A stretch of DNA of 64,000 nt from Nanobdellota archaeon (GCA_042576705.1 JBHPEY010000001.1:1045-65044); one strand, 5' to 3'; numbered from the stretch's first letter, positions 27,445-37,416 are shown. Numbers and translations: made by a program. Notes: generated by a model not told the origin, from the letters alone.

Positions 27445-27921
27445 TCAGACAAATACTATAGATATCATCTTTCCTATGAAATGCGTCGCTATGATGACAA
27501 TCAGTGCAATGCCCCAGTGTTCTCCTATCACTTTCCATGCCTTTTTCTTCTGGTTCCTTGCCATGCGGTAGCTCAGGAATCCTAATGCAAGGAATGCCCA
27601 GATGGCTCCGATCATCACTGCTGTCGAAAGGTCCAGCAGCAGGACAGGGATGAGGAAGGTGAGGGCGAAGAAGAACTTTGAGAAGAAGGTTGCCAATGTG
27701 GACTGCCATATCTCTTTTGTTGAATGTTTGCATTCGGACTCTTCTGATATGTGTATTCCCAGAGCATCGCTGAATGCGTCTGCGATAGCTATTGTCAGGA
27801 TGCCTCCTATTACTGCTATCTTTGAATGGGTGCCTGAGTTAAGGCCTACCATCAATCCTAATGTGGTGATTATGCCTGAGGTCAGGCCGAAGCTGAATCC
27901 TACTTTTAGTGAGTGCTGCAT
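27445..27921 (-). CDS. VIT1/CCC1-family-like membrane protein
   Basis: GFSFGLTSGIITTLGLMVGL...IAIADAFSDALGIHISEESE and three further TM segments resemble the short archaeal VIT-family proteins. TATTTAAATA lies about 27 nt upstream. Confidence 0.55.
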   Translation of the reverse strand: MQHSLKVGFSFGLTSGIITTLGLMVGLNSGTHSKIAVIGGILTIAIADAFSDALGIHISEESECKHSTKEIWQSTLATFFSKFFFALTFLIPVLLLDLSTAVMIGAIWAFLALGFLSYRMARNQKKKAWKVIGEHWGIALIVIIATHFIGKMISIVFV

Positions 27922-28003
27922 ATCGGTATCTTAGGGTCGGGGGTATTTAAATATTGCCCAGTGACAAGAAAGATATAAATATGAATTCCTGGATTACTCT
28001 GTC

Positions 28004-29530
28004 ATGGATAAGATAATAGTTCTTGATTTTGGAGGGCAGTACTGCCATCTCATCTCCCGGCGGGTAAGGGATCTTGGGGTGTATTCTGAGGTGCTGCCTA
28101 ACAGCACGACAAAGGAGGACCTGTTGAAGATTTCAGGTATCAAGGGCGTGATACTTTCCGGCGGGGCTGCTTCTGTGTATGATGATACTTCTCCTAAGTG
28201 CGGTGCTGAGATGCTTGAACTCGGGGTGCCTCTGCTCGGCATCTGCTATGGGCACCAGCTCATCGCGCAGCTTGCTGGAGGGGAGGTCGAGACTGCTTCT
28301 TCTGGAGAGTATGGTGAGACAGAGATGCAGGTCATCAGTGGTGGTGAGCTTCTTGCAGGGCTCGATAAGGAAGAGACTGTGTGGATGAATCACAAGGATG
28401 TTGTCAAGACACTGCCCGGTGGTTTCTTGACTCTTGCCAATACTATCCATTCACCTGTAGCTGCGTATGCTAATCCTGACAAGAAGCTCTACGGGGTGCA
28501 GTTCCATCCTGAGGTCACGCATACAGTGCATGGTGATAATGTGTTTGAGAATTTTGTGATTGATATCTGCGGTGCGCAGAAAGGATGGGACAGCTCGAAT
28601 CTTGTGCGGATGATATCTGACGAGGCGAAGCAGACTATCGGCAGCAGGAAAGCAGTGCTTGGGCTTTCAGGTGGTGTTGATTCATCTGTCGCAGCGGCGA
28701 TGCTCGCACCTGTGCTGGGAAAGAACCTCACTGCAGTATATGTGGATACAGGGCTGATGAGGCACAAGGAGACTGATTTCATCAGGCGGATTTTCGAGGC
28801 GTATGATTTTGATCTTCGCATCGTCGATGCCAGTTCGCGCTTCTTTGCTGCGCTGAAGGGTGTTCTGGATCCTGAGCTGAAGCGGAAAGCGATCGGCAAG
28901 ACATTCATCGATGTGTTTGATGAGATTGCTGCAGAGGTCGGGGCTGAGGTGCTTGTGCAGGGGACGATATATTCTGACCGAATAGAGAGCGGCATAACAA
29001 AACATTCTGATAATATCAAATCACACCATAATGTCGGGGGCCTGCCCAAGGACATGAAGCTTGAGGTGTATGAGCCTCTGCGTGAACTGTACAAGGATGA
29101 GGTCCGTCGGCTCGCGCGCGAGATAAAGTTGCCTGAGGAGATAATAACACGGCACGTGTTTCCCGGCCCAGGTCTTGGAGTGCGGATTGTCGGCGAGGTG
29201 ACGCCTGAACGTGCTGATGTGTGTCGGCGTGCAGGGTATATCGTAGAGGATGAGCTGCACAAGGCAGGGCTGTATGAGAAGGTGTGGATGGGTTTTGCAG
29301 TACACCTGCCAATCAAGAATGTCGGGATACAAGGGGATTCGCGGAGCTACAAGAGCCCTATCATCGTGCGGATCATCGAATCCAAGGATGCGATGACTGC
29401 TAATTATTCTAAATTGCCTTATGAGGTGCTTGATGCTATATCTACCAGGATAACAAATGAGGTCAAGGAAGTCAACAGGGTGGCTTATGATATATCGAAT
29501 AAGCCTCCTGCGACAATGGAATGGGAGTGA
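28004..29530 (+). CDS. guaA: GMP synthase (glutamine-hydrolysing), fused GATase + ATP-PPase
   Basis: Motifs are MDKIIVLDFGGQYCHLISRRVRDLGVYSEV, LGICYGHQL, the PP-loop GLSGGVDSSV and the C-terminal YDISNKPPATMEWE. Confidence 0.95.
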   Translation: MDKIIVLDFGGQYCHLISRRVRDLGVYSEVLPNSTTKEDLLKISGIKGVILSGGAASVYDDTSPKCGAEMLELGVPLLGICYGHQLIAQLAGGEVETASSGEYGETEMQVISGGELLAGLDKEETVWMNHKDVVKTLPGGFLTLANTIHSPVAAYANPDKKLYGVQFHPEVTHTVHGDNVFENFVIDICGAQKGWDSSNLVRMISDEAKQTIGSRKAVLGLSGGVDSSVAAAMLAPVLGKNLTAVYVDTGLMRHKETDFIRRIFEAYDFDLRIVDASSRFFAALKGVLDPELKRKAIGKTFIDVFDEIAAEVGAEVLVQGTIYSDRIESGITKHSDNIKSHHNVGGLPKDMKLEVYEPLRELYKDEVRRLAREIKLPEEIITRHVFPGPGLGVRIVGEVTPERADVCRRAGYIVEDELHKAGLYEKVWMGFAVHLPIKNVGIQGDSRSYKSPIIVRIIESKDAMTANYSKLPYEVLDAISTRITNEVKEVNRVAYDISNKPPATMEWE

Positions 29531-29665
29531 AGGCTTTTTCTATGTGTTTTTTGCAATTATCGAGTGCTGTTAGTGCTTTTTTGCGTAAAAATAGCTGGAA
29601 AGTGTTTTAAAACAGACTCAGGACTGTTGTGTTATCTTTTCTTATCGCTAAAGGTGTTGAGATTG

Positions 29666-30475
29666 ATGTACAACAGGACATTGAACAGGAAACAGCTCGT
29701 GCTGACAGTGCAGGACCTTGATCACCGGTTGGAGGTCGCTGATATTGAGATCCAGCAGTGCTGTGCGCGGATGTCAGGATGGATAGACAGGTACACGCAG
29801 ACGCTTGAAGTGCTGATGGGGACAGGTCTTGCGATCGAGCAGAGCAGGATCGCCAATCCAGCCAGCACTCCGTACCGCATGATGTCAGGTAACATGGTCT
29901 TCGGGAACCTTGTGCTGTCGCCTAACCTTTCCATAAACCAGAGAGACAGGATCGAGTCATTCGTCGGGGTCAGTTATGCGTCTGCCGAGGTCATGAAGCA
30001 GGAGCTGGATGAACTCAATGAGAAGAAGGAGTCACTGCGGCAATCGCTTCTTGAGACCACTGTGGCCCGGGCGCTCAGGGTGCGCGGGCGGTCTGACAAG
30101 GCATTGGTGTTCGTGGAGTCTGTCGGGACGATGGTGTCGCAGTGGGATGTCAACATGTATTTCAACATACATGAGGGGGGAGATATCATTGACCTTATGC
30201 GACTGCCTTTTTTCCTTCAGAGATTCAGGCTTGTCTCGCGGGATGAGAGGGGGGATTCTGATGTCTTTTATTTCAGGAACATCAGCAGGAAGCTGTCTGA
30301 CCAGGATGTGTTCAACTATGCTGCGAAGTGGCTGCAGGAGAATTATGATCGCGGGCATCCTGCTGTGGTTGCGCAGCGTGAGTTCCTTCTGAATTACATG
30401 GGCATGACGCGCGAGAATCCTTTGACGGGGAGGGAGATACATAGGAATGTGGCTGTGGAGACCTATGATACCTGA
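29666..30475 (+). CDS. hypothetical protein
   Basis: The start is an internal Met (MYNRTLNRKQ) of ORF 29564..30475, giving 269 aa. I recognise no motif. Confidence 0.55.
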   Translation: MYNRTLNRKQLVLTVQDLDHRLEVADIEIQQCCARMSGWIDRYTQTLEVLMGTGLAIEQSRIANPASTPYRMMSGNMVFGNLVLSPNLSINQRDRIESFVGVSYASAEVMKQELDELNEKKESLRQSLLETTVARALRVRGRSDKALVFVESVGTMVSQWDVNMYFNIHEGGDIIDLMRLPFFLQRFRLVSRDERGDSDVFYFRNISRKLSDQDVFNYAAKWLQENYDRGHPAVVAQREFLLNYMGMTRENPLTGREIHRNVAVETYDT

Positions 30476-30513
30476 GCGATAATGTTATTAATGGTGGCTT
30501 ATTCTTTTTCTTT

Positions 30514-31623
30514 ATGGTTGAACCTAAGTGTCCTTATTTCGGGAAGTGTGGTGGGTGCAGTTCGCAGCATATCGATTATTCTTTGCAGGTTGAGAACAAG
30601 AAAAAACAGCTTGTCGGTTTGATCGGGTCTGATGATGTTGCTGTGTTCTCTGGTGAGCCTTATGGCTATCGTAATCGGATGGATTTTGTGTTCCATGATC
30701 GTGGTGTGGGTTTCCGCAAGAAGGGGGATTGGAAGACGATAATTGATATCAAGGATTGTCCTATCGCTAATGCGCGTGTCAATTCTTTGCTGGGTGAGGT
30801 GCGCGAGGCTTTTTCGTCTCCTGATTCCTTTGATGTGCGCAAGAAGAAAGGGACTTTCCGTTATGCGGTCATTCGTGCGCCTTCTGGGGGGGCGTCTATA
30901 TCGTTTGTGTTGAATTCTGACTCTTCGCGGATCGGTGAAGCTGTGGAGTTGATAAAATCCTTTGCTGAGAAGAGCAGCGCAGAGAATGTTGTTGTCACTT
31001 ATGTCAAACCTGATACTGATACGAGCATCTCTGATGATTACTTTGTTGTGAAGGGGGATGATACTCTGCGCGAGAGCTATCTTGGGAATGAGTTTATGTT
31101 TCCTGTGCAAGGATTCTTCCAGAACAACCATGCAGTAGCCTCCTTGATGCACAAGCATGTGCGTAAGGTGCTTTCTGGTCATGATACCAAGGATGCGCAC
31201 CTGCTTGATGTGTATGCTGGTGTGGGGACGTTTGGGATAAATAATGCCTCGCTTTTCTCGTCGGTGCATATTGTCGAGGGCTATGAGAAATCTATCGATT
31301 TTGCGAAGAAGAACATAGAGGTCAACAAGGTTGGTGGTGCTTCTGCTGTCGCGCTTGATGATAAGCAGCTTAGCCGACTTGACTTGCCTTCGCAGCTCTT
31401 TGTCATCACTGACCCTCCGCGGTCTGGGATGAATCCCAAGGCAATACAGCAGATCAATCGTCTGGAGCCTGAGGTCATCGTCTATATATCATGCAATCCT
31501 GCGCAGCTCGGCAAGGACCTGTCCAAGTTCCGTCATCATTCTCTGAAAAGTGCTGCTCTGTTTGATATGTTTCCCCAGACACCGCACTGCGAGGCTGTTG
31601 TTGAGCTGGTGAAAAAGGGTTAA
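30514..31623 (+). CDS. RumA/TrmA-family RNA (uracil-5)-methyltransferase
   Basis: An N-terminal Cys cluster CPYFGKCGGC is present. SAM and catalytic motifs are VYAGVGTFG, DPPRSG and VYISCNPAQL, with C-terminal FDMFPQTPHCE. Confidence 0.85.
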   Translation: MVEPKCPYFGKCGGCSSQHIDYSLQVENKKKQLVGLIGSDDVAVFSGEPYGYRNRMDFVFHDRGVGFRKKGDWKTIIDIKDCPIANARVNSLLGEVREAFSSPDSFDVRKKKGTFRYAVIRAPSGGASISFVLNSDSSRIGEAVELIKSFAEKSSAENVVVTYVKPDTDTSISDDYFVVKGDDTLRESYLGNEFMFPVQGFFQNNHAVASLMHKHVRKVLSGHDTKDAHLLDVYAGVGTFGINNASLFSSVHIVEGYEKSIDFAKKNIEVNKVGGASAVALDDKQLSRLDLPSQLFVITDPPRSGMNPKAIQQINRLEPEVIVYISCNPAQLGKDLSKFRHHSLKSAALFDMFPQTPHCEAVVELVKKG

Positions 31624-31680
31624 TATTATATATCTGGAGTTCCTGGAGTGATGTAAACAATCACATGAGGTGTACTAAAA

Positions 31681-31971
31681 ATGGGGTGCTATGTTGTGCC
31701 GGTTGCGGCGGCTATAATACATCATATTCTCAGGAGAAAGGTCAAGCCATGGAGGCATGACAGGCATCATCGATGGCTGAACCTTCTTTTTGGCGGGGCT
31801 GCTATCTTCGGGTTCGTGGACCATCTGTGGAATGGTGAGCTTCTTGCGTTCAGCGCAGTGGACCTTATGCTCGGGCTCATGATAACTGTGACGCTGGTTG
31901 TCTTCTGGGCAGGTATCGCTTGGCTAGACAGCAGGACCGCAAGCCATTCAGCAGAGAAGGCACGAACATAA
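31681..31971 (+). CDS. small membrane protein, hypothetical
   Basis: This 96-aa ORF has three hydrophobic segments. Confidence 0.45.
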   Translation: MGCYVVPVAAAIIHHILRRKVKPWRHDRHHRWLNLLFGGAAIFGFVDHLWNGELLAFSAVDLMLGLMITVTLVVFWAGIAWLDSRTASHSAEKART

Positions 31972-31983
31972 TATTTTTTATCC

Positions 31984-32967
31984 TTAATTCTTGCAAGCAA
32001 TCTGCCTGTCCAGGTCCAGCTCCCTGTCCGAAACTGTACATGCGAACCCATGGGCGCTGCACTTCTTATAGAAATCACACACCTCGCTGTTGCCTGTCGG
32101 ATAATCAATAGCAAGCACGAACCTGCCGTCAGCCACTGCCTTGTCAAGATACCCTAGGACATAAGCTGTCTCTTCTTCATCCTGCCTGCTGTCATCATCA
32201 TACCAGGTGTCTTCTTTCCCGAACCCTACAATGATCTCAGCGTAACTAGGGTATGCGTAAAGCTCAGGAGAGTTCTGCGGCACGACAATGAACGACGGAT
32301 TGACCTTCTGTGCTTCCTGCCTGATTGATCTCACAAAATCAACCATCTCCTGCGCAGCAGAATCACGGCCGCGGTCTTCATAATATCCATAAGCGTCGAT
32401 GATGTCAAGGTAAACCCCATCATACCCTGCCTCTGCAATCTCTTCTGCCCTGTCGAGAATGATGTCCTGCCATCCCATGTCCCAGTACCTGACCTTGTAG
32501 TTCCCTTCCCATCCAGGGTTCTCGCTGTCGATGAATGAGGGACTGCCCGGCTTCCAGGAGTCCTGCCAGTACTCCCTGTAATCCTCTGCCTCTCCGATGC
32601 TCAGGTATGACAGGATTGTCTTGCCGTCCTTCTTCAGGTCATTCAGCTCTTCCTCTGAAATGTCCGCGTCATCGATGTCAATGACAAGCACGTCGGCATC
32701 AACAGCCTTGAGCCCTGGGTATGTGGCCTCCTGCAACTGGTAATGGAAAGAACCGAAATCCTGACCCTGGCTTTTCCCGACGTCCATGACGCTTCCAGCG
32801 CTGTCTGTCTGCTTGTCGTAATCTGAGACATCGACAGGTTCGCTTATCTCTGTAGGTGTCTGTTGGGATGCTGCAGGGCGGGAGGCTGGTTCTCTTTCAG
32901 GAGTGTCTTCACAGCCTATCGTAAGGAATAATGCAAGAATCATGAGTATTATCGCCAGTTTTTTCAT
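31984..32967 (-). CDS. lipoprotein, MJ1477/TM1410-type putative glycoside hydrolase (GH114-like)
   Basis: The signal plus lipobox is MKKLAIILMILALFLTIGC. The core LSYLSIGEAEDYREYW...GNYKVRYWDMGWQDII...AGYDGVYLDIIDAY matches the endo-alpha-1,4-polygalactosaminidase-like TIM-barrel family pattern. Confidence 0.65.
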   Translation of the reverse strand: MKKLAIILMILALFLTIGCEDTPEREPASRPAASQQTPTEISEPVDVSDYDKQTDSAGSVMDVGKSQGQDFGSFHYQLQEATYPGLKAVDADVLVIDIDDADISEEELNDLKKDGKTILSYLSIGEAEDYREYWQDSWKPGSPSFIDSENPGWEGNYKVRYWDMGWQDIILDRAEEIAEAGYDGVYLDIIDAYGYYEDRGRDSAAQEMVDFVRSIRQEAQKVNPSFIVVPQNSPELYAYPSYAEIIVGFGKEDTWYDDDSRQDEEETAYVLGYLDKAVADGRFVLAIDYPTGNSEVCDFYKKCSAHGFACTVSDRELDLDRQIACKN

Positions 32968-33018
32968 GGGAACCTGTTGTGGTGTGTGATATATAAAACT
33001 TACCTGGATGGTATGAAT

Positions 33019-33110
33019 CGGTTGCGCTTTAGTATTTTAAACGATATAAGGGAAGGCCTGCGGCCAAAAGATTGACAGACAGTCTTAGACATCAACTTCG
33101 TGGTTTTGGC
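33019..33110 (+). repeat. module-C element (solo copy)
   Basis: The sequence is ggttgcgctttagtattttaaacgatataagggaaggcctgcggccaaaagattgacagacagtcttagacatcaacttcgtggtt. Confidence 0.75.
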
Positions 33111-33180
33111 GAGGCAGACCTCTTGGCGGGTGTTTGTCTTCTTCGATAGATTTTTAAATCTGTACTGCGCTTGTCAGTCC

Positions 33181-33492
33181 ATGAAAGAGATCCAACAAAG
33201 AATCAAACAGTTCTGCGAGACGCACGGCATGAGCAGTTCTCCGGAGCATCGGGCGCTGGACATGATGTCAGAGATGGGAGAGGTGGCGAAAGAGCTGCTG
33301 AAGATGACTGACTATGGCACCAAGGAAAGGGAGTTCCGCGAGGAGATGAAGGGGGAGCTTGGGGATCTGCTATTTTCCCTTGTGACTCTTGCAAACTCCA
33401 TGGACGTCGATCTTTCTGAAGCGCTTGAGGCTGTGCTCGCCAAGTATGAGAAGCGGATCGAGAAAGGTAGTGCCGGTTCTGAGAATGAGTGA
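33181..33492 (+). CDS. MazG-like nucleoside triphosphate pyrophosphohydrolase
   Basis: The internal Met start gives MKEIQQRIKQF. EMGEVAKELLK...E-x-GDLLFSLVTLAN..VDL..AL...L.KYEKR is the MazG EExxE/D helix pattern. Confidence 0.75.
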   Translation: MKEIQQRIKQFCETHGMSSSPEHRALDMMSEMGEVAKELLKMTDYGTKEREFREEMKGELGDLLFSLVTLANSMDVDLSEALEAVLAKYEKRIEKGSAGSENE

Positions 33493-33525
33493 ACAAAAGA
33501 GAAAAAAATATTTTTGTTTTCTTTA

Positions 33526-34584
33526 TTACCCTTTCTTCGTGTAGATAGTTTGGCTTGGGAATGCGAAGTCCATCTTTGCCTTGTTGAACTGGCTTAGTAT
33601 CTCTGTGTTCACCTGGGTCTGGGTCTCCAGGATGTCCTTTCCCTTTGCTATGTAATAGATGAACAGGATGTTCATCGCAGAATCATTGAACGCGTTGAAG
33701 GAGAGAAGGATCTTCTCCTCGACATTCCTGTTCTTCTTTGCGATCTGCTTCAGCATCTTCATGGCCTGCTCCATCTTCTTGGGCTTTGTGTCATACGTAA
33801 GACCTATGTTCAGGACCACTTTCCTTGAGGGCTCTACTGTGACGTTCTCAACAGGGGAGTTCGTGAATGTGGAGTTCGGTATGGTCACCATCCTTCCTTC
33901 CAGTGTCTGGAGGCGGCTGCTTCTTACTCCTATCTCCTTTATCATGCCGTCGTAGCCTGCAATCTTCACGCGGTCACCTATCTTGAAAGGCTTATCAGTG
34001 AAGATCGTGAAGCCGCCGAAGATGTTCGATATGGTGTCCTTTGCTGCCATGGCAAGGGCGAGACCGCCTATGCCGAGTCCTGCAAGGACTGCAGTCACGT
34101 CATAGCCTGCGTTGTTGAGCGCCACGACAATCGCTATAAGCCATACTATTATCTTGGTGCCTTTCTTGACTATCGGAAGAAGCTGGTCATCAAGGTCTGT
34201 CTTGCTCTTCGCTGCAAGGGGCATGAGATACTCTGTGTACAATGAGTCGAACAGCCTTGTGATGAGCCAGGCTACGTTCATTATTATCAGCACATGATAC
34301 ACCTTTCCCAGCCAGGTAAATATCACCTCAGGCAGGACGAGCTGCTGCAGGCCGAACCATATGCCTACAAGCGCGATGGCGAAGACTATGGGCTCTTCTA
34401 TCATGTCGATTATGATGTCGTCAAGCTTTGTCTTGGTCTTCTTTGTCAGCTTCTTTATGGTGCCCCCGAATATCCAATAAAGGATCTTCCCGAGAACTAT
34501 CGAGCCAAGTATTATAAGAAGCGAGAAAAGCCAGTCATAGACTGTATTGCCGTAATATGTCTGTCTGAGTATGTCTTCTATCAT
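33526..34584 (-). CDS. mscS: small-conductance mechanosensitive channel (MscS family)
   Basis: TM helices are followed by FKIGDRVKIAGYDGMIKEIGVRSSRLQTLEGRMVTIPNSTFTNSPVENVT (the MscS beta-domain). The start is placed at MIEDILRQ. Confidence 0.85.
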   Translation of the reverse strand: MIEDILRQTYYGNTVYDWLFSLLIILGSIVLGKILYWIFGGTIKKLTKKTKTKLDDIIIDMIEEPIVFAIALVGIWFGLQQLVLPEVIFTWLGKVYHVLIIMNVAWLITRLFDSLYTEYLMPLAAKSKTDLDDQLLPIVKKGTKIIVWLIAIVVALNNAGYDVTAVLAGLGIGGLALAMAAKDTISNIFGGFTIFTDKPFKIGDRVKIAGYDGMIKEIGVRSSRLQTLEGRMVTIPNSTFTNSPVENVTVEPSRKVVLNIGLTYDTKPKKMEQAMKMLKQIAKKNRNVEEKILLSFNAFNDSAMNILFIYYIAKGKDILETQTQVNTEILSQFNKAKMDFAFPSQTIYTKKG

Positions 34585-34694
34585 GTCTACCCCCCAGATT
34601 ATTGGTATGAACTTATTTATAAATCTTATCAAATGAGTCTTGGGTCGTATGACAAGCATTAAATAAGGGGCATGATAAAGGTTGAAGCAGAGGT

Positions 34695-35282
34695 ATGAAC
34701 ATGAACAGAACAATAATATCCTTAACGGCTTTCTTTTCATTTCTTTTTCTGGCAGGATGCATGCAGGATGCGAATGTAATGCCGACACAGGAACACATGA
34801 GACTCACTGCATCCCAAAGCTCTAATGTTGCAGAGAAGTATGTGCAGACACTGCCTGAATTCATCAATCATAATGCCCACAACCTCAGGCTGATAAAGGT
34901 CACCCCTGCAGAATGTCCGAACTGCTGGGTGTTCGCATTTCATTTTGACGTAGATGATGACAAGCTTGATGAGAGTGTCGAGGGGTTCCGTGTAGAGATG
35001 ATGGTCCACCAGAACAGCGTGAGTGACGTGCATGTCAGCGAGATCAAGGATGAAGAAGGTGATGCACCAAAGGTCTCGTTCTGCAGGACGGATACTGACT
35101 GCATACCGCTGCCTTCAGACTGTCACCCTACAGAGTGCATCAACAAGAGGTTTGAGGGGGATTACCAGAAACCTGAGGTCTGTACCATGGTGTTCATGGA
35201 GGAGGCTGCATACAGCGCAGAGGACTGTGCGTGCGAGTCAGGGCAGTGCGTGAACAAGAACCTTGGGAAAGGCGCGGTCTGA
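34695..35282 (+). CDS. Cys-rich secreted lipoprotein, hypothetical
   Basis: The signal plus lipobox is MNMNRTIISLTAFFSFLFLAGC. The C-terminal half carries eight Cys residues. Confidence 0.6.
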   Translation: MNMNRTIISLTAFFSFLFLAGCMQDANVMPTQEHMRLTASQSSNVAEKYVQTLPEFINHNAHNLRLIKVTPAECPNCWVFAFHFDVDDDKLDESVEGFRVEMMVHQNSVSDVHVSEIKDEEGDAPKVSFCRTDTDCIPLPSDCHPTECINKRFEGDYQKPEVCTMVFMEEAAYSAEDCACESGQCVNKNLGKGAV

Positions 35283-35305
35283 TTCTGTCTGCGCATATTT
35301 TGATG

Positions 35306-35435
35306 GGTTGCGCTTCAGTAAAATAAACGATATACAGAAAAAGGGCCTGCGGCCAATAACTTTAGCCAGACAGTCTCAGCGAATCAGACTTCGTGGTTTA
35401 TCCAGACGTCTTAGACATTGGGTTCGTGGTGGCTA
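35306..35435 (+). repeat. module-C element with duplicated tail
   Basis: The head is gggttgcgcttcagtaaaataaacgatatacagaaaaagggcctgcggcc. Two tail copies follow: cagacagtctcag..cttcgtggtt and cagacgtcttagac..gttcgtggtgg. Confidence 0.7.
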
Positions 35436-35455
35436 GGCAGGGTGCGCGGGGCGGC

Positions 35456-36532
35456 TTATTCTATCTCTGCTGCCTGCCTGGAATAGATTATGTCAAGGGC
35501 AGAGTATGACTTTGTCAGGATTATCTTGACAATGGAATATACTGCTATCCCCAGGACGAGGCCTATCGCACCGAATATCTGGGCACCCATCAATGTGACA
35601 AGGATGACTATGAGCGGGTGCTCGTTGACAAGCTTGGGAAGAAGGACTGGCTGGGTGAAGACATTGTCGACTATCTGGGCTATTATTATGACACCCAGTG
35701 CAAGAGCTGCTGTGCGGAAGTCCAGGAGCAGGTAGGAAAGGATGACAGGCGATGCTGCGCCGAGAAGAGGCCCTATGTATGGGACTATGTTGAACATGCC
35801 TGCGAGAAGACCCATCGTGATAGGGAATTTCACGCCGAGTATGAAGAATCCTGTTGTGCAGATGCCTGCGACCAAGAGCGATTGGATGACCTTTGCGGTT
35901 ATGAAGTTCTCGATTGAGCGGTTGATATCATACACCATGGAAAGGACTGCCTCGAAATAGCGGTTCGGGACGAAGTTTATTATCTTCCTTACCAGTTTTT
36001 CCCTGTCCTTTATGAGGAGGACAGTTATTATAGGGACTATTATGAGCGAGCTCAACAGCATCGGAAGAAGGTTGGCGACCAATGATTTCAGCTGGTCCAG
36101 AAGATTGTTGAGCCTGTCCCTCACGTCCCCTGACTTGAATGTCATGTCTATGAACGGGATATAATACGCAATAACCTCCCCATCCTCTATGACCGGGCTG
36201 AAGACCTGCTGGTTCACGCGCTGCATGACCTCTGGCCAGTCCTGTGAGACCGAGCTGATCTCTGCCTTGATGCTGGGTGTTATGAAGTAGATTGCGCCGA
36301 GGATTATTATCAGGAATCCCAGCAGAACCATTACAAGCGCGTAGTTCTTCTTCACCCCGTACCTGCCCAGTGATTTTATCGCTGGGTTGAGTATGTACAC
36401 TATCAGCAGCGCGATGAAGACATAACGGAAGACATCCATGAAATACCCTATGAGAATAAATCCCAGAAGGACAAGCATGATGACTACAAGCATGTTCAGC
36501 CATATCTTGTAGTTGGTGTTCAGGGTCCTCAT
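35456..36532 (-). CDS. AI-2E family transporter (PerM/UPF0118)
   Basis: This is a polytopic membrane protein with the family motif GMFNIVPYIGPLLGAASPVILSY. Its start ATG overlaps the stop of the upstream cNMP-binding gene (ATGA). Confidence 0.85.
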   Translation of the reverse strand: MRTLNTNYKIWLNMLVVIMLVLLGFILIGYFMDVFRYVFIALLIVYILNPAIKSLGRYGVKKNYALVMVLLGFLIIILGAIYFITPSIKAEISSVSQDWPEVMQRVNQQVFSPVIEDGEVIAYYIPFIDMTFKSGDVRDRLNNLLDQLKSLVANLLPMLLSSLIIVPIITVLLIKDREKLVRKIINFVPNRYFEAVLSMVYDINRSIENFITAKVIQSLLVAGICTTGFFILGVKFPITMGLLAGMFNIVPYIGPLLGAASPVILSYLLLDFRTAALALGVIIIAQIVDNVFTQPVLLPKLVNEHPLIVILVTLMGAQIFGAIGLVLGIAVYSIVKIILTKSYSALDIIYSRQAAEIE

Positions 36533-36981
36533 TTTCTTTTCGCAAACGTCTCGGTGACGATCCTCAGCAGGTTCTGGTAGACTGTCGAACACAGCCTCGG
36601 GTCGTCATTGAACAGCTTGAAAAGGGATTCCTTGAAGAAATAGCACAGGGTCGTATTGCCTTTTGTGATAGCATCAGTGGTCCTCTTCGAGTCCCTGATA
36701 AGGGCGAATTCACCGAAAGAGTCAAGCGGCGCGTAGGTCGTAAGGAGCTTGTCATTGTCCTTTATCTCCACCTCGCCCCTGAGCACTATGAACAGGCCAT
36801 AAGACGGCTCGCCTTTCCTGAAAAGAAGCTCCTTGTCATGGTAATGGCGTATGTAGCTGGACTTGATCAGCTTGCGGACCTGCCATCTTGACAGGTTCCT
36901 GAACAGGGCGATCTTCCTGAGCGAGTCAGACAGCCTCTGCTTCTTCTGCCTTATCAGATAGTCTTGGAGAGCCATTTTCAT
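36529..36981 (-). CDS. stand-alone cyclic-nucleotide-binding (CAP_ED) domain protein
   Basis: FRKGEPSYGLFIVLRGEVEIKDNDKLLTTYAPLDSFGEFALIRDSKRTTDAIT matches the cNMP-binding beta-roll pattern (G-E...G-x-v-x-v...FGE.al......R.a.a.a). Confidence 0.8.
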   Translation of the reverse strand: MKMALQDYLIRQKKQRLSDSLRKIALFRNLSRWQVRKLIKSSYIRHYHDKELLFRKGEPSYGLFIVLRGEVEIKDNDKLLTTYAPLDSFGEFALIRDSKRTTDAITKGNTTLCYFFKESLFKLFNDDPRLCSTVYQNLLRIVTETFAKRK

Positions 36982-37143
36982 ATGCCTGCATCTATTGTTG
37001 ATATCTATAATTAAAACAACGCCCCCTTTATCACTTTTTAGTGCTAATATTCTATATAAGGTTTATGGTTGGCTGGTTTTCCGAATGATTTATAAAACAA
37101 GGACGCTATGTGCCTGTATCTTATTGATAAAAAAGGTGATCAA

Positions 37144-37416
37144 ATGGCAAAGAAGAAAGCTGTAAAAAAGAGAGTTGTGAAGAAGAAAGCTTCCAAGAAG
37201 AAGCTGTCTGTGAAGACTGCGAAGGCAAAGATGAAGGCTGCGCAGAAGAAGGCTCATGCAGAGCTCAAGAAAGCAAAGGCAAAGTTTGTCGCGCATGAGA
37301 AGAAGGTCAAGGAGTACGCAAAGAAGAATCCTGAGAAGGCTATGGCAATCGCAGCAGGTATCGGAGCAGCGCTTGGGGCTGTCGCGGTCGCAATGGCAAG
37401 GAGGAAAAGGAAATAA
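37144..37416 (+). CDS. lysine-rich tail-anchored membrane protein (YqjD/ElaB-like architecture)
   Basis: MAKKKAVKKRVVKKKASKKK... is followed by a C-terminal TM segment AIAAGIGAALGAVAVAMA and then RRKRK. Confidence 0.5.
   Translation: MAKKKAVKKRVVKKKASKKKLSVKTAKAKMKAAQKKAHAELKKAKAKFVAHEKKVKEYAKKNPEKAMAIAAGIGAALGAVAVAMARRKRK

Noticed and set aside
28489-29316. 275-aa minus-strand ORF inside guaA (similar antisense ORFs at 30499..31269 in the methyltransferase, 12597..13316 in the HD gene, 40750..41307 in the CYTH gene, 14536..15060 and others in the surface-protein gene, and many inside rad50)
   Set aside because: These are shadow ORFs opposite well-supported genes. Their Ser/Arg/Pro-rich low-complexity translations show no coding character.
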